64,000 nucleotides of DNA from Methanomassiliicoccales archaeon PtaU1.Bin124 (lineage in GTDB: Archaea > Thermoplasmatota > Thermoplasmata > Methanomassiliicoccales > UBA472). The notes below the pieces were generated by a model. The model was not told the origin of the DNA. It saw nothing but the letters and a program-made list of their open reading frames with translations, and ran no database searches. Shown here in pieces: positions 10,212 through 18,824 of this stretch. Location of the stretch: contig MVRC01000011.1 in the NCBI GenBank assembly GCA_002067865.1, positions 136,573 to 200,572 on the forward strand, written 5' to 3'. A program made the position numbers and the translations under genes. Positions within the stretch are counted from its first letter, which is position 1; the number at the start of each line of letters is the position of its first letter.

Positions 10212-10310
10212 GTTGCATTATAATGCAATATTGTTGCAAATTGTTATGTTAATATGAAACAAAATGGCCTGTTAACACCTATTTAGAGGGTTTCATGCAA
10301 CATCGTTGCG
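10212..10310. promoter_or_regulatory. cluster of palindromic operator-like sites upstream of mtaA paralog 1
   Basis: perfect 16-bp palindrome TTGCATTATAATGCAA (10213-10228); TGCAA-N5-TTGCA (10224-10238); TGCAA-N5-TTGCG (10296-10310). Confidence 0.5.
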
Positions 10311-10378
10311 AATATTCTCCTCAAAAATACAACAAGGATTAAATATTAACTAGCCCGATGGGTCGGCGGGGATTCTAA

Positions 10379-11497
10379 ATGGGCTACGAAGAAAGATTTC
10401 CACCAGCAGACATGAAGTGGGCGGGTAATGCCGCCAAGAGGTTTGCGAGCCCCTTCGTCGATAACCCACACGACAGGATCGATGTAGACGCTATCATCCT
10501 GTCGCACGCAGCAGTATCGTGCGGTTATACGATCAGGGACTTCTACGAAAAGCCAGAATTGGGAATACACTGTGTCGCACACGCCTCTGCGATGTATGAC
10601 CTGTTGCCGGTTACTCACTGGTTCTTCTCATTGCCGTGGGTCACTGAGCTCGGCATCAAGCTGGAGTACAAGGACACTCTGCCACCAATCTCGACCGGAC
10701 CGATCCTGAAGGAGCCGGGCGACGTCGACAACGTTCGCGTGCCCGACAAGAAGGAGCTCGACGGTGCCTGGACCCTGCCGCTGTTCAAGAAGCTGTACGG
10801 GTATGTCCAGAAGAACTTGGGCCACACCCTGGTGCCCATCTCCTATGGTTTCGACCTGGTAGGTGCGGCAGCTGAGCTGTGCGGCGTTGAGAACTTCATC
10901 ATGTGGACCTTCACCGAGGAAGAGGCAGCCAAGAAGCTGGTCCGCAAGTACACCGACACCGCCGTCAACGGCGCTGAGGGCCTGGCCGACACCTATGGGA
11001 TGGCCATGCTCATCGTCGGGTCCGTTCTGGCCAACAACGACATCTTCTCCGATGACGCTGTCAAGACCTACTCCGCGGACAACATGCACCACTACGTCGA
11101 CCAGTGCTTCAGGCGCGGCGCCGGCCCCCAGGTGTTCTACCACCTGTGCGGTAACCACGAGACCGACTACAAGGTGTTCAAGGACACCCTGATGTGGTCC
11201 CCGTTCACCGTCATCCACGCCGGTTACAGCGGCAGGGACGTGTTCCCGTCCGCCAAGCTGAAGTCTGAGTTCCAGGACCGTGCGACCTGCATGGGTTCCG
11301 TGGACACCAAGCTCATGATCGACCCGAACCCGATAAAGGTTTACGACCAGGCCAAGAAGCAGCTGCTCGAGGGACGTGACTCCAAGAGGGGTTACATCTT
11401 GGGCACATCTTGCGAGACCCCGCCGTACACTATCCCGGGCAACATGTACGCTTTGACCAGGGCTGCTAGGGACTTCGGTACCTATGGAACATGGTGA
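10379..11497 (+). CDS. mtaA: methylcobamide:CoM methyltransferase MtaA/MtbA family (uroporphyrinogen decarboxylase fold), paralog 1
   Basis: Zn-ligand motif YHLCGN and C-terminal GTSCETPP; codon usage resembles that of mtaCB (impression, not computed). Confidence 0.75.
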   Translation: MGYEERFPPADMKWAGNAAKRFASPFVDNPHDRIDVDAIILSHAAVSCGYTIRDFYEKPELGIHCVAHASAMYDLLPVTHWFFSLPWVTELGIKLEYKDTLPPISTGPILKEPGDVDNVRVPDKKELDGAWTLPLFKKLYGYVQKNLGHTLVPISYGFDLVGAAAELCGVENFIMWTFTEEEAAKKLVRKYTDTAVNGAEGLADTYGMAMLIVGSVLANNDIFSDDAVKTYSADNMHHYVDQCFRRGAGPQVFYHLCGNHETDYKVFKDTLMWSPFTVIHAGYSGRDVFPSAKLKSEFQDRATCMGSVDTKLMIDPNPIKVYDQAKKQLLEGRDSKRGYILGTSCETPPYTIPGNMYALTRAARDFGTYGTW

Positions 11498-11507
11498 GGT
11501 GAGATAA

Positions 11508-11963
11508 ATGGAAGTCAACACTGACGCGGTTAAGGAACTGATCGGCAAGAGGGGATTGAAGGTCGCGGACATCGAAGACGTCATCAAGACGGCCGAGTCC
11601 TCCGGCAAGAAGTTCACCAAGAAGGGAACCAACCTCAACATGGCCTCGAAGCGTATCGGTGATGTTACCGTCTACGCGGTCTACGAGCTTGAGAGCGGCA
11701 TACTGAAGAAGAAGGCGGTCGTCAAGTCCGCCTACTCCCACCGTGTGAAGCTCAACAAGGTCGACCATCTGGCTGAGGAGTCCGAGTGGATGATGGGCAA
11801 CAGCCCGGTCCACAACGCCACCCTCAACCTCGAGTACATGACCGTGGTCCGCTCTGGACCCGGCCTGGCCAGCGCTGACGGCTCCGTCATGATGGTCGAG
11901 GAGTACCTCGCCACCAAGACCTTGGCCGCCGCCGAGGGCCTGTTCGAGAAGAAGAGAGCATAA
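11508..11963 (+). CDS. conserved hypothetical protein; DUF4258-like N-domain (AYSHR) fused to a cysteine-free DVU_1557/YgiT-like ribbon
   Basis: GAGGTGA SD, 10 bp after mtaA stop; family likeness from recalled motifs only. Confidence 0.65.
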   Translation: MEVNTDAVKELIGKRGLKVADIEDVIKTAESSGKKFTKKGTNLNMASKRIGDVTVYAVYELESGILKKKAVVKSAYSHRVKLNKVDHLAEESEWMMGNSPVHNATLNLEYMTVVRSGPGLASADGSVMMVEEYLATKTLAAAEGLFEKKRA

Positions 11964-11971
11964 ACACTAAA

Positions 11972-12007
11972 GGCCGCGCAAGCGGCCATCCAATTCTTAT
12001 TTTTTCT
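11972..12007 (+). terminator. hairpin plus T-tract ending the mtaA1 bicistron
   Basis: GGCCGC-GCAA-GCGGCC (11972-11987) followed by TTCTTATTTTTTT. Confidence 0.6.
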
Positions 12008-12137
12008 ATCGTGGACGGAGTCACGAATTTATCCATTAGGTAGCAAAAACATTCATCAATTATGATACTGGCTGTACTTATCCAACGCCTCGGCAAACCT
12101 TGATGATACCGGATTGGATTCAGGGAGGCATCATCCG

Positions 12138-13517
12138 GTGAATTTGATGAGAGAGACCATTGGATCCACGCGCAGCCTGTGCCCGGAGTGCCTGAAGACC
12201 ATACCGGCAACGAAGGTGGCTGAGAACGACGCCATCTATCTGGAGAAGGAATGCCCCGAGCACGGCAAGTTCCGCACCATCATCTGGCGCGGGGTCCAGG
12301 ATTATAAGGACCTGACCAGGTACGCCTGCGAGCTGTCCAAGCCTCTAAAGGTGGCCATCCAGGAGAAGGACCGCTGCCCCGAGGTGTGCGGGCTCTGCCC
12401 CGATCATAACCAGCATACCTGCCTTGTCGTCCTGGAGATCACCAACCAGTGCAATCTCAAGTGCCCCATCTGCTTCGCCTCCGCCAATGAGAAGTACAAG
12501 TTCCATCCCAGCATGGACGAGATCAAGAAGATGTACCAGCACATGCTGGATTACGTCAGCCATCCCATCTGTGTGCAAATCTCCGGAGGTGAGCCGACGA
12601 TCCGGGACGACCTTCCGGACATCGTCAGGCTGGGCAAGAGCATGGGCATCGACCATATCGAGGTGAACACGAACGGAGTGAGGTTCGGCCAGGACCTTGA
12701 GTTCCTGCAGAAGTGCAAGGACGCCGGTGTCGATTCGCTGTACTTCTCCTTCGATGGCATGACCTCCGATGTGTACATGGCGACCTGCGGCAAGGACCTC
12801 CTGCAATCGAAGCTGAACGCCGTGGAGAACTGTGCCAAGGTCGGCCTGGGCGTCACCCTCGTCTGTGTCGTCTCACCGAACATCAACATCAACCAAGTGG
12901 GCGATGTCGTGCGGTACGCCAAGAGCAAGGTGCCTACCGTGAAGGGCATCCACTTCCAGCCCATCGCCTATTTCGGCCGCTATCCAATCACGCCGAGGGA
13001 CCTTGACCGCGTCACCATCCCCGATCTGCTGAAGGCGATAGAAGAGCAGACAAAAGGGGAGCTCAGGGCGGACAACTTCATTCCCACATCCTGCAGTAAT
13101 GTGCACTGCGATGCCAAGTCCATGTCGGTCATCTTGGAGGATGGTTCCATGTTCCCGCTGACCTCCCGTGCGTTGGGGCCGCCAAGGGAGACCAAGGCCA
13201 TCGCCACCAAGACCCGGAAGGAGATATCCGACCTCTGGCGCTACATCGAGGAGTCATTGACGCTGGAGGAGGACGCAGCCGGAGAGAACACCTGGGGCTC
13301 ATTCATCGAAAGGGCCAAGACGATGTACCTCACGGTCAGCACTATGGCCTTCCAGGACGCCTGGAACGTGGAGACGGAGAGGCTGTGCAACTGCTGCATC
13401 CATACCATCACTCCGGACGGCAAGCTCATCCCGTTCTGTCTGTTCAACATCAACGGGGCGAACGGTAAGACCCTTTACCGGCACGAGATGTGGTCCAAGT
13501 TCGCCAAGAAGGAATGA
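12138..13517 (+). CDS. radical SAM protein, MJ0619/Tes superfamily, TrsS-like branch
   Basis: N-terminal CPEC...CPEHG, CPEVCGLCPDH, RS motif CNLKCPIC, SGGEPT, HFQPIAYFGRYP, AFQDAWN...CCIH...PFC; start GTG 12138 or ATG 12147. Confidence 0.85.
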   Translation: MNLMRETIGSTRSLCPECLKTIPATKVAENDAIYLEKECPEHGKFRTIIWRGVQDYKDLTRYACELSKPLKVAIQEKDRCPEVCGLCPDHNQHTCLVVLEITNQCNLKCPICFASANEKYKFHPSMDEIKKMYQHMLDYVSHPICVQISGGEPTIRDDLPDIVRLGKSMGIDHIEVNTNGVRFGQDLEFLQKCKDAGVDSLYFSFDGMTSDVYMATCGKDLLQSKLNAVENCAKVGLGVTLVCVVSPNININQVGDVVRYAKSKVPTVKGIHFQPIAYFGRYPITPRDLDRVTIPDLLKAIEEQTKGELRADNFIPTSCSNVHCDAKSMSVILEDGSMFPLTSRALGPPRETKAIATKTRKEISDLWRYIEESLTLEEDAAGENTWGSFIERAKTMYLTVSTMAFQDAWNVETERLCNCCIHTITPDGKLIPFCLFNINGANGKTLYRHEMWSKFAKKE

Positions 13518-13518
13518 G

Positions 13519-13860
13519 ATGGCATTGATGGAAAAGGGCCACGAGTGCCCGGAATGCAGGGAGGAGGAGCCGATCGCTCCGATCCTGTTCTTGGGATTGG
13601 GGGGCATGCTGGCGTTCTTCTCCTTTGCATTCTGGATCGTCACGTTCGTGGCCGAGCCGGGCATGTTACCCCTGGCCGCCGGCATGACCGTCGTCGGCGG
13701 GGGAATGATGGCCTATGGCTGGTATTTGATCAGCCAGAGGAAAAAGCGGAAGCTCAAGGCGCATCAAGCGGCGGTGGAAAAGGCAAAATGTGATTATTGC
13801 GGCGGGCAGAACGACCCTGGCACCACCAAGTGCCAGTTCTGCGGCGCACCACTTTTCTGA
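13519..13860 (+). CDS. small membrane protein with CPEC, two TM helices and C-terminal double zinc ribbon
   Basis: starts 1 nt after radical SAM stop; CDYC...CQFC. Confidence 0.7.
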   Translation: MALMEKGHECPECREEEPIAPILFLGLGGMLAFFSFAFWIVTFVAEPGMLPLAAGMTVVGGGMMAYGWYLISQRKKRKLKAHQAAVEKAKCDYCGGQNDPGTTKCQFCGAPLF

Positions 13861-13861
13861 T

Positions 13862-14167
13862 TCAACGGTTCTTGGTCTTACCGACCGAGTTACGGTAGTT
13901 GGCCAGGATATCGTTCATGTAGCTAGCTACGAACGCCTCCTGCTCCTTCGTCTTGACGTTAAACTCCTGCAGCGGGAACTCCGTGTCGCAATAGACGCAG
14001 CGGGCCAAGCGGCAGTTGGTGGTGGACTTCGGACATCCGACGCACGCGATCGCCCTTGACTGGAACAGGCTGAACTCCTTGCCACACCTGGGACACTTGA
14101 TCCTCTTGGTGGTCTTCATCAGCTGCGGTGTAACACCAGCCCTTTGAAGTTCCGGGGTCAGGGGCAT
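13862..14167 (-). CDS. small Cys-rich (zinc-finger-like) hypothetical protein
   Basis: CPRC, CVGC, C...CVYC. Confidence 0.7.
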   Translation of the reverse strand: MPLTPELQRAGVTPQLMKTTKRIKCPRCGKEFSLFQSRAIACVGCPKSTTNCRLARCVYCDTEFPLQEFNVKTKEQEAFVASYMNDILANYRNSVGKTKNR

Positions 14168-14228
14168 CTAAAAACCTCTGGAATCAGGGAAAGCGCCCCG
14201 GTTATAAATAATGTGGCTGGAACGCATG

Positions 14229-14999
14229 CTAACTCTTCTCCAGCTCGCTCCGGGTGGGCTCGAACTCCGGCGGGAACAAAGCAGGCCAGCGCAAGAACGG
14301 CCTGAACGGATAGGGAGAGAACGCGTCGGTGACCTTGATCCCCTCCACTATCTGCGACAGACGGCCGATGGGTATCACCATGACCAGCTCGTCGTCCTGC
14401 ACCAGTCCCCACATCCGGTCCCCGGCGCAAGGGACCTCCAAGATCGCACTGCCGGTATCGATGGCCCGCGCCACGCTCTGGCAGACCGCCGCCTGGCCGG
14501 TTATGGGGTTGTCTATCACCTCTCCCTTGGCATAGCTGAGGCCCAGCAGCACCTTGAGCGCTTGACCGGGCGTAACGTAGATGATGACGACATCGGGATC
14601 GAAATCAGCGAGGTCCAGCGCTGCCGTCCTTACCCCTCCGTTCAGCACGTCGGGGCGAAGCGCGGCCACATGGGTCTGCAATATTCTGGCCGCCTCCTCG
14701 TCCTTGGTGAACGAGCGGTTCAGATCACCGTCCCTCAGCCTGGCCGGTTCCCTCACCATGCCCAGGCAGACCTCGGCCCAGAGGCATTTGTTCCCCTCCG
14801 TCGACGAGGCCACCACGCCCTCGTCCCTCTGATATCTGGACAGGGCGATCATCTGGCACAGGCAGGTGGTGCGCAGCACCTTCACCTTATCGACCGCCAG
14901 CTCCTCCGCCGGCAAAAGGCGCAATGCCACGGGATCGGTCCTCAGTCTAAGTTCCTGGACAAGGTCCCGGTGAAGCCCAGCAAGCTCGCTGCGGTCCAT
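14229..14999 (-). CDS. DUF169 family protein
   Basis: PVAL, CQMI, C-LGM, PDVVII, GQAAVCQ, PCAGDR pattern; start trimmed to ATG 14999. Confidence 0.75.
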   Translation of the reverse strand: MDRSELAGLHRDLVQELRLRTDPVALRLLPAEELAVDKVKVLRTTCLCQMIALSRYQRDEGVVASSTEGNKCLWAEVCLGMVREPARLRDGDLNRSFTKDEEAARILQTHVAALRPDVLNGGVRTAALDLADFDPDVVIIYVTPGQALKVLLGLSYAKGEVIDNPITGQAAVCQSVARAIDTGSAILEVPCAGDRMWGLVQDDELVMVIPIGRLSQIVEGIKVTDAFSPYPFRPFLRWPALFPPEFEPTRSELEKS

Positions 15000-15080
15000 G
15001 CTCCGGGATGCCCGTGGCCGGTAGATAACGATGCCTGTCGGACAGCAATGGTTTTTTCTCTCCTTCTCCATCAGGTAGCG

Positions 15081-16535
15081 TTGAAACCGATCGAGCGGAT
15101 CAAACTGATGTTGGCCAGGACGCAGCTGGTCTCCAACAAGATCGCGGACGATGAGGAACATCCACTCCAGGCCCAGATCGAGATGAAGGTCAGGCTGGAG
15201 CTGAAGCACGACAAGGACTTCCGCCGCGCCCTGGGCCGTTCTCGCCTCTCCGATGTCACCCGCCAGGACATGGTGGAGTTCCATCTTCACAAGTTTCGCA
15301 AGCAGATGAGATACGTCAATGCCAACTCGACCTTCTACCGCGATCGGTTCAAGGCGCTCGGCCTCAGGCCGGAGGACATCGTCACCTACGAGGACCTGCT
15401 CAAGGTGCCTGTCACGGAACCATCAGACCTGGCCGAGGACCCCTATGGCTTCCTCTGCGTCTCGCAGACCGAGGTCATGCGGGCCTTCACCACCACTGGC
15501 ACCTCGGGGCAGAGGAAGAGGCTGTTCTACACCCAGAGGGACGTGCTGAACATCGTCGATTCCATTGCCTCTGCCATCCGGAACGTGGGCATGACCGGGA
15601 ACGATACGCTCCACATCATGTTCCCAGCGGTCAGCGCGTGGGACCCCAGCCTCATGCTGGACAGCGCCTGCAAGGTAGCTGGTCTGCGCTCCAAGGTCTG
15701 CAGCGACATCGACGTGGAGAAACAGCTCCAGGCGATGAGGGACTCCCAGGCGAAGGTCATCATCGGGCTCACCTCCTTCATCTACAGGATCACCGTCCTG
15801 GCCCGGGACAAGCATGACCTGCGCGCCTTCGGCGTCAAGGCCATCATCTGCTCCAGCGAGCCTTTGAGCGAGGCGGTACGGCACGAGATCGAGGCGGCGT
15901 GGGGTTGCAAGGCGCTGACCCAGTACGGCATGACCGAGATGGGCCTGGCCACCGCCATCGAATGCTTCGCCCAGGACGGGATACACCTGGACGAGGGCAA
16001 CTATCTCTGTGAGTGCATCGACCCGGCCACCGGTAAACATCAGCCGGACCGCGTCGAGGGCGAGCTGATATGGACCAGTTTGAACATGCAGGGCAGCCCG
16101 CTGCTCCGCTACCGTTCCTACGATCTGTCATGTTACATCTCCCCGCCCTGCGGATGCGGATACACCACGGTCGGCAAGATGGGCAAGCCCAAGGGAAGGA
16201 TCAACGGGGAGACGAAGATAGGTCTGGGGGACAAGATATGGCCCTCAATGTTCGACGAGGCGGTCCTGGGCGTGTCAGGCGTGCTGGGCTACCAGGTCAT
16301 CATCGACAAGGCGGGCTTCAGGGACCATCTCACCTTCAACGTGGAATACCATGGCGACGCCAGCGGCGTTCCGGCCGCGATAAAGGACAAGCTCATGGCC
16401 CTGGACGAGATCAAGATCGGGCTGGACAGCGACCTCATCGACCCGTTGGTGGTGGAGATCCTGCCGGAGCGGAAGGATTTCGTGCTGAAGCAGAAGACCA
16501 TCGTCGACAACCGCCCCCTGTTCGATAAGAAGTGA
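15081..16535 (+). CDS. phenylacetate-CoA ligase (PaaK)/DVU_1553-like adenylate-forming enzyme
   Basis: TTTGTSG P-loop, QYGMTEMG, PLLRYRS; start likely TTG 15081 after CAGGT (or ATG 15048). Confidence 0.75.
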   Translation: MKPIERIKLMLARTQLVSNKIADDEEHPLQAQIEMKVRLELKHDKDFRRALGRSRLSDVTRQDMVEFHLHKFRKQMRYVNANSTFYRDRFKALGLRPEDIVTYEDLLKVPVTEPSDLAEDPYGFLCVSQTEVMRAFTTTGTSGQRKRLFYTQRDVLNIVDSIASAIRNVGMTGNDTLHIMFPAVSAWDPSLMLDSACKVAGLRSKVCSDIDVEKQLQAMRDSQAKVIIGLTSFIYRITVLARDKHDLRAFGVKAIICSSEPLSEAVRHEIEAAWGCKALTQYGMTEMGLATAIECFAQDGIHLDEGNYLCECIDPATGKHQPDRVEGELIWTSLNMQGSPLLRYRSYDLSCYISPPCGCGYTTVGKMGKPKGRINGETKIGLGDKIWPSMFDEAVLGVSGVLGYQVIIDKAGFRDHLTFNVEYHGDASGVPAAIKDKLMALDEIKIGLDSDLIDPLVVEILPERKDFVLKQKTIVDNRPLFDKK

Positions 16536-16601
16536 GCCATCGACCGCTTTCTGCGGGGCCGACCTATGTTTATCTAGGCGTTCCGCTTTGCTCCAATCCT
16601 G

Positions 16602-17192
16602 ATGAGAGCGGGTGTCGTCTTTGTCCAGGGAGCTGCGCCTGAGCATGTCCAGGCGCTGCACGGCGCTTTCGATACGCTAGGCATAAAGGGCACTGTGGCG
16701 CAGGTGCGCAAGAGAAAGGACCTGGACGACCTGGACTGCCTGATAATTCCCGGCGGCGAGAGCACGACGATCTCGAAGCTCTTGCTCCGTTTCGATCTGG
16801 CCGACGAGATAAGGCGCATGGCCGCCGATGGCGTCCCGATCATGGGGACCTGTGCTGGCTGCGTCCTCCTATCGAAGCAGGGGGACGAGCAGGTGGCCAG
16901 GACCCAGACGGAACTGCTGGGGCTCATGGACATGCAGGTCGACCGCAACGCGTTCGGCAGGCAGAGGGAATCGTTCGAGACGAGCTTGAGGGTAGAAGGT
17001 CTGAACGAGCCGTTCCCGGCCGTGTTCATCCGAGCTCCCCTCATCAAGAAGGTTTGGGGTGGCTGCAGACCGCTGGCGAAGCATGGGGACGATATCGTCA
17101 TGGCCAGACAGGAAAATCTGCTGGCCCTGTCGTTCCACCCCGAGCTTTCCGGCGATACCCGGCTGCATCAGATGCTTTTAAAAATGATCTGA
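16602..17192 (+). CDS. pdxT: pyridoxal 5'-phosphate synthase glutaminase subunit
   Basis: PGGESTT, GTCAG, RNAFGRQRESFE, FIRAP, FHPEL. Confidence 0.9.
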   Translation: MRAGVVFVQGAAPEHVQALHGAFDTLGIKGTVAQVRKRKDLDDLDCLIIPGGESTTISKLLLRFDLADEIRRMAADGVPIMGTCAGCVLLSKQGDEQVARTQTELLGLMDMQVDRNAFGRQRESFETSLRVEGLNEPFPAVFIRAPLIKKVWGGCRPLAKHGDDIVMARQENLLALSFHPELSGDTRLHQMLLKMI

Positions 17193-17193
17193 C

Positions 17194-17925
17194 CTAGCCC
17201 TTTATCGCCTTGATGATGGCCGCCAGGGAGCTCAGGTCATCGTTCTCGGCGATGGTGCCCGTGACGATGATGTTCGCTCCGGCCCTCTTGACCGCCAATG
17301 CCTGCTCTGGCTTCCTGATCCCACCACCGATGATCAACGGGACGGATATGGTCTTCTTGACCGCCGCGATCATCTCGCTAGAGACGGGCTCAGGCGCGCC
17401 CGAACCGGCCTCCAGGTAGACCAATTTCATGCCCATGTACTCGGCGGCCAACGCATATGCGCTGGCCAACTTCAGATCGTCCCTGGGGATGGGGTCCGCC
17501 TGTCCAACCTCTCCGACCTTCATTCCCGGAGCGACGATGATGTAGCCCATGGCGATCGGCTCGAGGTTGATCTTCTTGATTATGAGCGATCCGGCCACCT
17601 GCTCTCCGATGACCATCTTCACGTTGCGGCTGTTGAGCATGCTCATGAAGTAGATGGCATCGCAATAAGGGCTGATGGCGTGTGCCCCGGAAGGGAAATA
17701 AATGACCGGCAGTGAGCACATCTTCTTGATGGCCAGCACGGTCTCGTCCAGGTTCTTCTGGGTGACATCGGTGCTTCCGCCCACCATGATCGCATCGCTG
17801 CCGAAGGATTGAGCCTGCTTGGCGATCCTGCCTGCCTCCTCTGGGTCCTGCTTTGCAGGGTCCAGCAGGGTCATGTGCAGCACGCCTTTCGGAATCCTCT
17901 CATCGATGTATTCCTTGACCTTCAT
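17194..17925 (-). CDS. geranylgeranylglyceryl phosphate synthase (GGGPS/PcrB family)
   Basis: HMTLLDPAK, DAIMVGGST, YLEAGSGA, IGGGIR. Confidence 0.9.
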   Translation of the reverse strand: MKVKEYIDERIPKGVLHMTLLDPAKQDPEEAGRIAKQAQSFGSDAIMVGGSTDVTQKNLDETVLAIKKMCSLPVIYFPSGAHAISPYCDAIYFMSMLNSRNVKMVIGEQVAGSLIIKKINLEPIAMGYIIVAPGMKVGEVGQADPIPRDDLKLASAYALAAEYMGMKLVYLEAGSGAPEPVSSEMIAAVKKTISVPLIIGGGIRKPEQALAVKRAGANIIVTGTIAENDDLSSLAAIIKAIKG

Positions 17926-18737
17926 TGTAATCCTCCCAACAGGAATGCTATCAGAGCCACGAGCATGCCATACTTAGCGAACTTCTGGCCAAGCCTGGGG
18001 CTTCGGAATTGAACAACGGAGGCATATATAAAGATTCCATCGGCCACAATGACCGGCACCAGATACAGCGGGCCGAAGGTGCCAGTGAGATATGGGACCG
18101 GGGACAACGATACCGCCCCGATGATGGCGACGGCACCTACGACCCCTGCCCATTTCGTGCCGATTCGTTTCGGAAGGGTGTAACGGTCGAAGTCCGCCTC
18201 CATGTCCTCGATGTCCTTTATGACCTCCCTCCCCAGTGTCGCCAATCCCGCCAGCAGGGCAAGGATGTATGTCCTGGACAGCGCGTCCACGATCGTCCCG
18301 CCCAGCAGGAACAGCATGGCGGTAAGAGCGGCGATCGTTAGGTTGCCTGAGAATCCTCTCTTCTTCGTGCTCAGTTCGTAAAGGAGCATGAGGGCGACGG
18401 CCGTGACCACGACCACGATGGACTGCCAGTTGAGGAAGAGCGAAAGTGCGACAGAGACGATGAAGCAGACGGCGGACACCTGAAGCACCGTCTCGGGCCG
18501 CATCATTCCTGAAGGAATGGGCCGCTCAGGGTGCCCCTGCTTGTCGACCTCCCTGTCGATGTAATCATTAAGAGAGTTCCCTGCTGCGATGAAGAAGAAC
18601 ACGACCCCGGCGCTGAATATGACCGCCACCGGTCTGTCGATCAGATGGTATCCGGCAGCTACCCACAGGCCCATGATCAGTCCCACGATGCCCATGATGC
18701 AGTTGCCTATGCGGAACAGCTGCAGGTATTTGTTCAC
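17922..18737 (-). CDS. digeranylgeranylglyceryl phosphate synthase (UbiA family)
   Basis: GNSLNDYIDREVDK..HPERPIPSG and REVIKDIEDMEAD Asp-rich motifs; overlaps GGGPS. Confidence 0.9.
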   Translation of the reverse strand: MNKYLQLFRIGNCIMGIVGLIMGLWVAAGYHLIDRPVAVIFSAGVVFFFIAAGNSLNDYIDREVDKQGHPERPIPSGMMRPETVLQVSAVCFIVSVALSLFLNWQSIVVVVTAVALMLLYELSTKKRGFSGNLTIAALTAMLFLLGGTIVDALSRTYILALLAGLATLGREVIKDIEDMEADFDRYTLPKRIGTKWAGVVGAVAIIGAVSLSPVPYLTGTFGPLYLVPVIVADGIFIYASVVQFRSPRLGQKFAKYGMLVALIAFLLGGLQ

Positions 18738-18824
18738 GACCCGGCATCACCGTGGCCAGTATAAATCATTCCTGGGTCGGTGAGGAGGAAAGGGTTAGAT
18801 ACCACTTGCTTTAATCCGCCAATC

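Noticed and set aside
14211-15080. N-terminal 290 aa of the 774-aa ORF, suggesting a large fusion ligase
   Set aside because: It is the antisense shadow of the DUF169 gene; ligase-like sequence starts only near 15048-15081
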